Shown here one piece after another: positions 1 through 8,199 of a stretch of DNA of 64,000 bases (positions within the stretch are counted from its first letter, which is position 1; each line of letters starts with the position of its first letter). The translations under genes were made by a program, and so were the position numbers. The notes under the pieces are model-generated. The model worked only from the letters and a program-made list of their open reading frames with translations, did no database searches and had not been told where the DNA came from. Location of the stretch: the NCBI GenBank assembly GCA_965248445.1, contig CBDFJG010000003.1:256001-320000 (forward strand), given 5' to 3'. The DNA comes from Planctomycetota bacterium. Lineage in GTDB: Bacteria; Planctomycetota; JAJSAM01; JAJVHW01.

Positions 1-184
1 GGAGGGCGAGCGCACCGCCTATCGGCTCACCCATGAGCACGGCCCAGGCCAGCATGCCGAAGTAGGCGAGCATGGTGAGGACGATCGTGGTGCCGACCAC
101 CGTGGCGGCCGCCAGGGCGTGCCCGAGGGCGGTCTGCGTGTGGGTCACGACACGTTCGGGCCGGCGGCTGTCGTCGTCAGGCAC
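1..184 (-). CDS. Putative membrane protein, 5' part only (runs off the window start)
   Basis: Read by eye from GTG at 184: VPDDDSRRPERVVTHTQTALGHALAAATVVGTTIVLTMLAYFGMLAWAVLMGEPIGGALAL. Open frame with a long hydrophobic segment; not in the ORF track. Confidence 0.5.
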   Translation of the reverse strand, partial: MPDDDSRRPERVVTHTQTALGHALAAATVVGTTIVLTMLAYFGMLAWAVLMGEPIGGALAL

Positions 185-317
185 GGCTCTAGCGTACCGC
201 GCGGGCCGGTGGAGGCGCGCCATACCGAGACCGGACTAGGATTCGTCACGGAGTCGTCGCGCGGAACGGGCGTGGCTACTTGATATGGGAATGCCCATTG
301 AGCCTGGAGCGGCGACC

Positions 318-337
318 TGGGACACTATCTGGGACAC
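318..337 (+). promoter_or_regulatory. Tandem TGGGACAC direct repeats, probable integrase arm-type binding sites
   Basis: TGGGACAC at 318-325 and 330-337, directly before the integrase ATG at 338. This position is typical of arm sites in phage/ICE att arms (inference). Confidence 0.45.
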
Positions 338-1450
338 ATGCCCAACCGACGCTCCTTCGGCTCCGTGTACCGGCGCAAGCGCCCTGACGGCTCCGAGATG
401 GACGGCTACTACATCCGCTGGAGCGACGCGGGCGGACGGCGGCGCAAGCGGTTCGGCGGGCTGACCAAGGACGCCGCCGAGACGACGCTCCTCGAGATCC
501 GGCGCGCCGTGCTGCGGGAGCGCCTCCTCGGAGAGCCCCAGGTCGAGGACATCTCGCTCAGCGCGTGGCTCGACCGCGTGCCGAAGATCATGCGAGCGCG
601 CAAGCAGGCGCCGCGCACGATCGCGAACCGGCGCGCAGCGATGAAACGCCTGCGGTCCAAGTTCGGTCGCCGGCCAGCAGTGAAGATCACCCAAGCCGAC
701 ATCCAAGCGCACATCGACGCGCTCTCGCTCGCCGGCATGAAGAACAGCACGCTGCGCACCGAGGTCGGGACGATCAGCGTCGTATTCGCGATGGCGGTTG
801 CGGCCCGCGTCGCGCTCGTCAACCCGGCTCGCGGCGTGAAGGTCGGGCGCGTTGTCCACAAGGCCGTCTCTTGGCTGCGCGCCGACGAGCTGATGCGCGT
901 GCTCGTGGCGATGCCTCGGAGCATCCGGTCGTGCGTCGTGCTGCAGGCCGAGCTTGGTCTCCGACCCGGAGAGGCGCGCGCGCTGGCGTGGGAGGACCTC
1001 GACGACAGGTTCGAGGTGCTCACGGTGCGTCGCACAGACGGCAGCGACACCACCAAGTCCGGCCGGGAGCGCCGCATCCCGTCGAGCCAATTAGCCATCG
1101 ACACGCTCCGCCACCTGTGGGGGCGCAGGCACGTACGCTCGCTCGCTGGGCTGACCCCGGTCTTCCCCGACATCACGGGGTCGAATTACAACCGGGAGTT
1201 CCGAGCCGCGGCTGACCGGATCGGTAGGACGACGCTCGTTCCGCACGATCTCCGGCACAACTGGATCGCGCATCTGGTTCGCACGCCCGGAGTGGACCTC
1301 GAGAGCGCCCGACGCATGGCGGGGCACGAGTCCCTCACGACGACGCAGAAGTACCTGCGCGCCATCCCGGACGACGAGGCGTTCGACGCCATGCATGCGC
1401 GCGACACGATGCAGAGTGGCGGTCACGACTCGCTCCTCGCGACCCCGTAG
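338..1450 (+). CDS. Tyrosine recombinase / phage-type integrase
   Basis: N-terminal arm-binding-like region (GSVYRRK..YYIRWSDAGGRRRKR); catalytic motifs GLRPGE (R), TKSG (K), HDLRH (HxxR), AGHESLTTTQKY (H, Y). Confidence 0.95.
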   Translation: MPNRRSFGSVYRRKRPDGSEMDGYYIRWSDAGGRRRKRFGGLTKDAAETTLLEIRRAVLRERLLGEPQVEDISLSAWLDRVPKIMRARKQAPRTIANRRAAMKRLRSKFGRRPAVKITQADIQAHIDALSLAGMKNSTLRTEVGTISVVFAMAVAARVALVNPARGVKVGRVVHKAVSWLRADELMRVLVAMPRSIRSCVVLQAELGLRPGEARALAWEDLDDRFEVLTVRRTDGSDTTKSGRERRIPSSQLAIDTLRHLWGRRHVRSLAGLTPVFPDITGSNYNREFRAAADRIGRTTLVPHDLRHNWIAHLVRTPGVDLESARRMAGHESLTTTQKYLRAIPDDEAFDAMHARDTMQSGGHDSLLATP

Positions 1451-1610
1451 CCGAAGTACCTGCGGAACTCGACCTGGTCGATGACGTAGCTACCCGACCG
1501 CTTGACCATCGGGAGACCGCCGCCCTTCTTGCGCACTCGCTTCCGTACCGAGTCCTCATCGATCCCGAGGATCTCGGCGACGTGCGCGGTTGTGAGCACA
1601 AGCGGGTACA
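1423..1610 (-). pseudogene. Helix-turn-helix excisionase (Xis)-like gene, 5' end cut by IS1595
   Basis: LYPLVLTTAHVAEILGIDEDSVRKRVRKKGGGLPMVKRSGSYVIDQVEFRRYF resembles an HTH_17/MerR-like RDF. Convergent with the integrase and overlapping its 3' end; the upstream part is replaced by the IS inverted repeat at 1611. Confidence 0.65.
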
Positions 1611-2700
1611 GGGGCTCCCCCCTTCGCTCAGGTTGAGCGTCCGATCGGGTGACTAACATCGCACTTACAAGGAGGTGCGATGACCGGTGCCATGATCCCC
1701 TTTGCGCGCGACGACTCGCTGCCGGGCACACTCGCCGAGTTTGTCGTGAGGTTCTCCGACGAAGATCGGTGTGCAGCCCTGCTGCGCCGGTGGAAGTACG
1801 GCGAGGGCGGCTTCCGCTGTCCAGCGTGCGGCGGCGAGGAGGCGTGGTTCCTGCCGTCACGCCGGCTCGACGAGTGTTGTGCCTGCCACAAGCAGGTTTC
1901 GCTCACCGCCGGCACCGTCATGCACGGGTCTCGCAAGCCGCTACGGCTGTGGTTCCTGGCCATGTATCTGTTCGTGTCGAGCAAGCGAGGCATCTCCGCA
2001 CTCGAGCTGCAGCGCGAGCTTGGACTGGCCAAGTACCAGACCGCTTGGACATGGCTGCACAAGTTGCGAAACGCCATCGCGATGCGATCCACCGCGCCGC
2101 TGCGCGGACACCTCGAGATCGACGAGACCTGGGAAGGCGGACTGCGACATGGCCGGCCGGGGCGTCCCAAGGTCGGCGACCGCAGCGCGCTGGTCATGGG
2201 AGCCGTCGAGATCTCACCGCGTCACGCCCTCATCGGTCGCATCCGTCTCGAATCCATCGCCGATGGTTCGGCTGACACGGTCAAGGCGTTCCTCGAGCAG
2301 CACGTCGCCGCACGCTCAGTGCTGTTCACCGACGACTGGCGTAGCTATCGAAAGCCGGCTGACGACTTGGAGCACGACCATCGACCGACCAACGTGTCGA
2401 AGTCCGACGACGAGGCACACGTTGTGCTACCTGCGATCCACCGCGTCTTCTCGCTGCTCCATCGCGTGCTCTTGGGCACGTTCCAGGGCGGCGTGCGACG
2501 CAAGTACCTCCCCAGCTACCTGGCGGAGTTCGAGTTCCGGTTCAACCGACGCACATCGAAGCGACGTGGACTGCTGTTCCAACGACTACTCGCCTGCGCC
2601 GTGCGGCGATGCCCTCCCTTCCACTGGGAGATCGTTGGGCGAACCGATGCGCGCACGCCACTCGCCGCCGCAGCCTGACCTGAGTGAAGAGGGGATCCCC
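1611..2700 (+). mobile_element. IS1595-family insertion sequence
   Basis: Terminal inverted repeats GGGGCTCCCCCCTTCGCTCAGGT (1611-1633) and the reverse complement of 2678-2700, GGGGATCCCCTCTTCACTCAGGT (20/23 identical), enclose one transposase. No exact target duplication. Confidence 0.9.
1680..2678 (+). CDS. IS1595-family (ISXO2-like) DDE transposase
   Basis: Zn ribbon CPAC..CCAC, HTH (GISALELQRELGL..YQTAW), EIDETW, LFTDDWRSY, YLAEFEFRFNRR. Start may be ATG 1692. Confidence 0.93.
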   Translation: MTGAMIPFARDDSLPGTLAEFVVRFSDEDRCAALLRRWKYGEGGFRCPACGGEEAWFLPSRRLDECCACHKQVSLTAGTVMHGSRKPLRLWFLAMYLFVSSKRGISALELQRELGLAKYQTAWTWLHKLRNAIAMRSTAPLRGHLEIDETWEGGLRHGRPGRPKVGDRSALVMGAVEISPRHALIGRIRLESIADGSADTVKAFLEQHVAARSVLFTDDWRSYRKPADDLEHDHRPTNVSKSDDEAHVVLPAIHRVFSLLHRVLLGTFQGGVRRKYLPSYLAEFEFRFNRRTSKRRGLLFQRLLACAVRRCPPFHWEIVGRTDARTPLAAAA

Positions 2701-2708
2701 TGTGCGGG

Positions 2709-3077
2709 CTAGTGGATCTCGACGCCGGTCAGGTCCATCAGGGCGTCGAACTTGATCGCGAACGCGCGCACGACGCTCTCGCCGTCGAAGTACCGCTCGC
2801 TGCGAAGCACGTTGCCCTCGCGGGAGTGCTCCTCGAGGTTGCCGTCCCGGTTGAGCGTGAAGCGCACGATCACCCGGGCGTTGTCCTCGATCAGGACCTC
2901 GAGGTTGTCCGTCGCGAAGAAGACCCCGCCCGCGCCGATGTTCTCGACGGCGCCGGTCAGTTCCTTCTCGGCACAGGCCAGCGACGCTTCCAGCCGCGTC
3001 TCGGTGCGCGGGTGGATACGACGCTCGCGGCCGGTCGCCTGCGTCTCCGTGTGCTCTTCTGGAGCCTGGTTTGCCAT
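2709..3077 (-). CDS. PilZ-domain protein (c-di-GMP receptor-like)
   Basis: ERRIHPR (RxxxR) followed by ENIGAGG (D/NxSxxG-like); 122 aa. Confidence 0.8.
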   Translation of the reverse strand: MANQAPEEHTETQATGRERRIHPRTETRLEASLACAEKELTGAVENIGAGGVFFATDNLEVLIEDNARVIVRFTLNRDGNLEEHSREGNVLRSERYFDGESVVRAFAIKFDALMDLTGVEIH

Positions 3078-3122
3078 CGTCGTCCTCGCTTGCTGCGCCG
3101 TCGTTGCCAGTCCGCTTCGGGC

Positions 3123-3152
3123 GGAACCCGGTGCGGGTCGGGTGCCGTCCTA
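3123..3152 (+). promoter_or_regulatory. Possible ECF (sigmaE-type) promoter
   Basis: GGAACC-N17-CGTCCTA upstream of the anti-sigma/RseB-like pair; resembles ECF consensus motifs. Not verified. Confidence 0.3.
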
Positions 3153-3347
3153 GGAGCGGCGCCCTCGAACTCATCGGTACAAGAGGGCATCGGGATGTAG
3201 CCCCCGGCAAGACGACCTGCGAGGCTCACGCCGGGCTCGATCGGGGCGCCGATCTGAGTTGGGGACCGCATCCCGGGCACCGAGCCTGGAAACCACTGAC
3301 GCCCGGACCCCTCGGGAGCCGAGGATCCGTACAGGAGGCGAGAGAAC

Positions 3348-3845
3348 GTGAAGCCTGGAGACGAGAAGCCTGGAGACGCAGTCTGCGCAGCCCCAGATCC
3401 GCTCTGCGCACGCGTCTGGGAGTTCGCACCGCAAGTCGTCGAGGGCGGACTGCCCGCCGACGAGGCGGGGGCCCTCCGGACGCACGCATCGGCGTGCGGC
3501 TCCTGCGCGAGCGTCCTGGCGCGGCAGACGCGGCTCTCGAGCATCCTGCGCTCCCTTCCGGCCGCCCCGTCGGTCGAACTGGTGGCGCCGTCGCTGCCTC
3601 GCGGACGTGTGCTGCGAGTAGCTGGGGCTGCGGCCGCGGCGGCCGCCGCCGTCGTGATCTCCGTGACGCTTCTGATGGTCGAGGATCGCGACCTGGAGGC
3701 GGCGTTCGTGCCCGTGCGTGTGCTGCACGTGCAAGATCTCGCGGAGCGCGCTCCGCTGCCGGACGACGACATCCTCTCGCTCACGTCCGGTCTCGAGGCC
3801 GTCGCACTGCGCCGCCCGGTAGGCTTCGCGTCCGAGGGACGATGA
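3348..3845 (+). CDS. Zinc-binding anti-sigma factor (zf-HC2) with transmembrane helix
   Basis: HASACGSC (HxxxCxxC), downstream hydrophobic helix (AAAAAAVVISVTLLMV), GGAGG upstream; stop overlaps the next ATG. Confidence 0.7.
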   Translation: MKPGDEKPGDAVCAAPDPLCARVWEFAPQVVEGGLPADEAGALRTHASACGSCASVLARQTRLSSILRSLPAAPSVELVAPSLPRGRVLRVAGAAAAAAAAVVISVTLLMVEDRDLEAAFVPVRVLHVQDLAERAPLPDDDILSLTSGLEAVALRRPVGFASEGR

Positions 3846-4822
3846 TCCGCAGACGCGGACGACACGTCGCCACCACAACAGTTCTGCCTCTGGCAGGACT
3901 GTTCTTCGTTGGGTTGTTGGGGGTTGCAGGACTGACTGGCTGCCGCGATGACGTTCCGGACGATCCCGCTGACGACATGGCCGCCCTTCCGGCGCCGGAC
4001 CCGAGCGCCGCGGAACTGATCGGCAAGATCCGCGACGCCGAGACGAAGCTCGCCTTCGCCGGCTGGAAGACCGCCCACCACGGGCCGCGGGAGAGTTCGC
4101 GCACATCGCGGGTTCACGTGCAGCACGCCCCCGGCGGCCTAACGCTCCTCACCTGGGAGGGTGACGGCGAGCGGCACCAACGATGGAACTTCCGGCAGCG
4201 CCACCGCTGGATCGAGGACCCGGACCTGCTCCTCTCGAACTACACGGTCGAACGCGCTCCTGAGCCGGGCCCGCAGATCGCCTGGCGTGACACGATCACG
4301 ATCCGCGTGCGCGGGCGCGCACCGCATCGCCCGAGTCTCGACATCGACGTCGATGCCGAGACGTGGCTGCCGCTGGCGGAGACGCAGCGCAATCACGTGG
4401 GCGAGGTCTCGTTCGCATGGGCGTACGAGTCAGTGGAGTTCGATCCGGAGCCGCCGGCCAATGCTCCAGCGCCGCCTGAGACGATCGAGACGCCGGACGA
4501 CCAGGATTGGGGCGGCTGCTCGTTCGATGCCCTCGTGGCGTCGAACGTCCCGGCCGGGTTCCGCCGGGTCGCCTGCCGCCTCCTGGACTGCGGCTCCCAG
4601 CGGGAGTTCTGGTCCGATGGGCTAGCCGCCTTCTCGGTCCGGCAACGGCCTGCCAAGGACGACGACACGCTCGCCGTGGGCGCTCTCGAGCGCCGCACCG
4701 GCACGGGCCGCGCGCACGTCCGGGGCCACGTCGGAGGCATGATCGTCGAGGTGGCCGGCTCCCTGCGGGTCGAGGACCTCGAGGACGTCGTCCGCGGCCT
4801 CGCCTCCCGTCCTACGGACTGA
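3842..4822 (+). CDS. MucB/RseB-like periplasmic regulator, probable lipoprotein
   Basis: ATG 3842 coupled to the anti-sigma gene; lipobox LTGC; LLLSNYTV..IAWRDT..DAETWLPL and C-terminal WSDGLAAFSVRQ resemble RseB/MucB. Confidence 0.65.
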   Translation: MIRRRGRHVATTTVLPLAGLFFVGLLGVAGLTGCRDDVPDDPADDMAALPAPDPSAAELIGKIRDAETKLAFAGWKTAHHGPRESSRTSRVHVQHAPGGLTLLTWEGDGERHQRWNFRQRHRWIEDPDLLLSNYTVERAPEPGPQIAWRDTITIRVRGRAPHRPSLDIDVDAETWLPLAETQRNHVGEVSFAWAYESVEFDPEPPANAPAPPETIETPDDQDWGGCSFDALVASNVPAGFRRVACRLLDCGSQREFWSDGLAAFSVRQRPAKDDDTLAVGALERRTGTGRAHVRGHVGGMIVEVAGSLRVEDLEDVVRGLASRPTD

Positions 4823-4994
4823 ACCGTCCCGATCCGGCCTGATCAGGCGGGATTCCCGGATTCCGTGCTACCCAGGTGGGGCCCCCAGCGTTCAGAATCC
4901 CACAGAGAAGCCCACATGCGGCCGAACCGGTGTCGCGGCGCGACGCTCGATGCCCTCGGCCGCTTCGACCCAACGGTCGCCTCGGAGGATCGAG

Positions 4995-7076
4995 ATGCAA
5001 CGCCCCGCCAGTACCAAGACCCGCAAGACCTGGTTCCTGATTCGCACCCCGCTGATGCTCACGCTGGCTACCGCCGCGATGCTCTGCGGCGACGTGTTCT
5101 ACGCAGACCAGGCGTTCGCCGAGTCGGGCGGTAGCCGTCTCTACGGCAACTACCGCGGTCCGGAAGATGCGCAGGCGGCCGACCAGACCGTCGAAGAGGA
5201 CACAACCGAGACCGAGGGTCCCGAGGACACCGGCCCGTCAGCGGGCGGCAGTGGTGACGACGGGGGCGGCATCGGCGCAGGCGGCGAGGGTGAGGGCGAA
5301 GGCGAGGGTGAAGGCGAAGGCGAAGGCGAAGGCGAGGGCGAGGGCGAGGGCGAGGGCGGCGGTGAAGGCGGCGCTGATCTCGGCGGCGCGGGCGGCGGCG
5401 GTGAAGGCGCCAGCGCCGGCACCGGTGAGACTCCGGGCGCGGGCGGCGGCATCGGCGGCGGCGGGTTCGGCGGCGGTCGCTCCGCGTCCGCCGCGACCGA
5501 GCGCTTCGAAGTCGTCTCCTGGTACTGGGAGCACAACCGCGAAGAGGCGATGGCCAACCTGGTCGCAGAGCAGGGACGGCGCGTCGATCTTCCCGACGCA
5601 TCGGCGGTGAGGGTGTTCGGCATCATGCCGGAGGACGAACGTCTTCGCAGCGCGATCACGCCCGAAGACCGCGAGCGCATCTTCGACGTGCTGAAGAGCG
5701 CGACGATCGACAAGCAGGGCATGGTCCGCGACACCGCGGTCATCGCGCTCGGTAAGCTTGGCGGCCCCAAGGCCGTCGACGTGCTACTCGAGCGGTTGTC
5801 CCTCGAGACGAACCTCGCAGTCAAGCAGGACACACTGCTCGCGCTCGGTCTCACCCGTTCGCCCGACGTCGTGGACGCTCTGATCGAGAAGCTCGGACAG
5901 CGCAACCTGAACGCGTTCGCCGCGCTCGCACTTGGCCTGACCGGTGACCTCGAGAAGGCCGCGCCCGCGCTCCTCGAGAGCTACCGTGAGATGAAGAAGC
6001 ACAAGGGGCGTGACCGCGAGAAGGCCTGTCACGCCATCGCCCTCGGCGCATTGCGCTACGAAGACGCCGTCCCGGATCTCTCGGCGGCAGTCAAGTCGAA
6101 GGCCTCGGCTCGCATCGTGCAGGTCTACTCGGCCCACGCACTGGGTCGGATCGGCAACGACGCGGCGCAGAAGGCGCTCACCAAGGCGCTCAGCAGCGTG
6201 AAGAATCTGCAGACGAAGCGCCAGGCCGCACTGTCGCTCGGGGACTTCCCCAACACCGACGCCGCAAAGGCCCTGTCAGGCAAGAACGGCATCAAGAACA
6301 GCGCGGACCAACTGGGCGCCGGCTTCGCCGCGGTCAGCCTCGGCCGCGTGCTGGCCGCCATGCCGGAGTCCGATTGGGGTAAGCACCCCGCCTTGCTGCG
6401 TGCGGTCGCGCTCGCGCCGCAGAAGAGCAAGATCAAGGCGCAGTACGCGAACCTCGGACTCGCGCTCTTCGAGGGCATCGACAACGAGGTGCGGAAGTTC
6501 TACACCGAGGAACTCGAGGACCGCTCCCGCGACGCGGAGACGCTCTCCGCGTTCTGCATGTCCGCCGGACTCGCGCGCGAAGGCGGCGTCGGACCGATGC
6601 TCGCCGAGATCGCCTCGGCATCCGCAAGCGACCCGAAGCTGGGTTCGTACGCGGCGATGGCGCTCGGCATGATCCCCGGCACGCCGGCCGAACAGGCGCA
6701 GGAACTGCGCAAGATCTACACCGACGTGGACCGCGCCGACGTGCAGCGCGGCGCGGTGGTGGCGCTCGGACTGGTGGGCGATCGCAAGGACGTCCCCTTC
6801 CTGATCAAGGTGATCTCGACCGCAGACGACAACTGGCTCTCGCGCTACACGCGGGGAGCAGCGGTCGTGGCTCTCGGGCGGATCCGCGATGGCGAGAGCG
6901 TTGCGAAACTGCAGGCGCTCCTGTCGAGCCAGAGCAAGGAGACGCGCGCGTTCGCGGTCGCCGCACTGGGCTACCTCGGCGACAAGGACCGCCGGCCGGT
7001 GTTGTCGCAGCTCGTGTCGCACAACAACTTCCGAGAAGAGTTCGACGTGGTGAAGGTCGTCCTCGGCCACCTGTAA
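4995..7076 (+). CDS. Secreted HEAT-repeat protein with acidic Gly/Glu-rich N-terminal linker
   Basis: GGAGG then ATG 4995; signal-like N-terminus; many HEAT-like units (VRDTAVIALGKLG, AAHALGRIG-like, RGAAVVALGRI, RAFAVAALGYLG). Confidence 0.85.
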   Translation: MQRPASTKTRKTWFLIRTPLMLTLATAAMLCGDVFYADQAFAESGGSRLYGNYRGPEDAQAADQTVEEDTTETEGPEDTGPSAGGSGDDGGGIGAGGEGEGEGEGEGEGEGEGEGEGEGEGGGEGGADLGGAGGGGEGASAGTGETPGAGGGIGGGGFGGGRSASAATERFEVVSWYWEHNREEAMANLVAEQGRRVDLPDASAVRVFGIMPEDERLRSAITPEDRERIFDVLKSATIDKQGMVRDTAVIALGKLGGPKAVDVLLERLSLETNLAVKQDTLLALGLTRSPDVVDALIEKLGQRNLNAFAALALGLTGDLEKAAPALLESYREMKKHKGRDREKACHAIALGALRYEDAVPDLSAAVKSKASARIVQVYSAHALGRIGNDAAQKALTKALSSVKNLQTKRQAALSLGDFPNTDAAKALSGKNGIKNSADQLGAGFAAVSLGRVLAAMPESDWGKHPALLRAVALAPQKSKIKAQYANLGLALFEGIDNEVRKFYTEELEDRSRDAETLSAFCMSAGLAREGGVGPMLAEIASASASDPKLGSYAAMALGMIPGTPAEQAQELRKIYTDVDRADVQRGAVVALGLVGDRKDVPFLIKVISTADDNWLSRYTRGAAVVALGRIRDGESVAKLQALLSSQSKETRAFAVAALGYLGDKDRRPVLSQLVSHNNFREEFDVVKVVLGHL
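5283..5370 (+). repeat. Coding hexanucleotide repeat encoding (Gly-Glu)n
   Basis: GGCGAG/GGTGAG/GGCGAA units encoding GEGEGE... inside the HEAT gene. Confidence 0.85.
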
Positions 7077-7102
7077 CCGCCCTGATCGAGTCAACAATCA
7101 GA

Positions 7103-7138
7103 AGCGGAGGCCGCGGCGAGCACGCCGCGGCCTCCGCT
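7103..7138. terminator. Perfect 16-bp hairpin between convergent genes (probable terminator)
   Basis: AGCGGAGGCCGCGGCG-AGCA-CGCCGCGGCCTCCGCT between the stops at 7076 (+) and 7188 (-). Confidence 0.75.
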
Positions 7139-7187
7139 GATTCATGCGCCCAGGGCCGTCTCATGCGGGCCGTCGCTACGGGCTTCG

Positions 7188-7631
7188 TTACGGTCCGGGG
7201 CGGCAGGTCTGGCACGGGAGGAACCCGGCGTCGAGCGCGTCGTAGGCCGTCTCAAACGGCCGTGTCGTACCCGTCGCGAGCGTGCAGCCGGCCTTGTGGT
7301 ACTCGCCGGTCGAGCTCGTCACGTGCACCGAGTCCTTGTGGGTGGGCACCGGCGGCGGGACGTCCACCGAGGGAGTCTCGCGCATGTCCGGTCCCGGTCC
7401 CGGCCGCTTGCCGGGCTCAACCGGATCACCGTGTTGGTCCACGGCGGGATGCTCCCCCGGTCGAGGCAGCGGGTTGCCGCTTCTCTCGACCGGCTCGTCC
7501 CGGCGGTCTCCGTAGGGCAGCGGGCCGGTATCCTCGTACGTGATCTCGCAACCGACGAGCGTCATAGCGAGGACGGCCGCGATGACCGGTGTGGACCGGC
7601 GGCGCGGCGCGGGGGACTGCGGAGTCGACAT
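7188..7631 (-). CDS. Lipoprotein with C-terminal Ada-like metal-binding domain
   Basis: Lipobox LVGC, Pro-rich linker, then YHKAGC...FETAYDALDAGFLPCQTCRP (Ada Zn-binding-like). Confidence 0.7.
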   Translation of the reverse strand: MSTPQSPAPRRRSTPVIAAVLAMTLVGCEITYEDTGPLPYGDRRDEPVERSGNPLPRPGEHPAVDQHGDPVEPGKRPGPGPDMRETPSVDVPPPVPTHKDSVHVTSSTGEYHKAGCTLATGTTRPFETAYDALDAGFLPCQTCRPGP

Positions 7632-8019
7632 GGAGCTTTTCTACCACGCCAGTCGCGACATCGAGCTGCCGCGCTCCGGTCGGCGGGTCCGCTTCCAGCC
7701 CGGACCGCGAGCCTGCGAGGCATGCGGCGCGCAGCTGGAGGGCGGAGAGCCCTCAGAGGGCGGCACCTACGGTCTGTCGTTCTGCAACGAGTGTCGCGAT
7801 AGCCTCGACAGGAGCGCGATCCAGATCCACTTCTGCGATGGCTGTGGCGTCTCAATCCCGCTCTACGCCGTCGAGGGAGGGGCGGCGCTGGCCGGCGACG
7901 GGCGCATTCTCTGCCTGCCCTGCCGCGCGCCGGAGCGGCCGCGGCAGACGCTGTGGTGGCTTGTCTTCACGGCTGCCGCGGCTCTCCTGGCCGGCCTGGC
8001 TGCGGCGCTGCTCTTGTGA
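7630..8019 (+). CDS. Small multi-CxxC zinc-finger protein with C-terminal membrane anchor
   Basis: CEAC, CNEC, FCDGC, CLPC pairs and a terminal hydrophobic helix; start uncertain (ATG 7630). Confidence 0.6.
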   Translation: MELFYHASRDIELPRSGRRVRFQPGPRACEACGAQLEGGEPSEGGTYGLSFCNECRDSLDRSAIQIHFCDGCGVSIPLYAVEGGAALAGDGRILCLPCRAPERPRQTLWWLVFTAAAALLAGLAAALLL

Positions 8020-8199
8020 GAGGGGTGGGGCCGAGGAGCGCCGTGGTCGCGGCGGGGTACGCTGCCTCGGGGCGGTCCCAAAGCGGAGGCTCCGCGGGCT
8101 CATCAGAATGTGGGACGGCACAGTGAGACACGTACTCAGGCAGGTGCCGGGCCGAGCGACTCCGGGTCGCGCCGGCCACTCTCTACGGGAGAACTGCAG

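Noticed and set aside
206..246. att site for the integrase (GGTGGAGGCG resembling a tmRNA/tRNA 3' end; GGACTAGGATTCG resembling a tRNA T arm)
   Set aside because: Matches are only 10-13 bp, lack CCA and a full T loop, and have no partner copy in the window.
5283..5370. (GE)n tract as a contingency or phase-variation locus
   Set aside because: The in-frame 6-bp units use mixed synonymous codons; this is an ordinary low-complexity linker.
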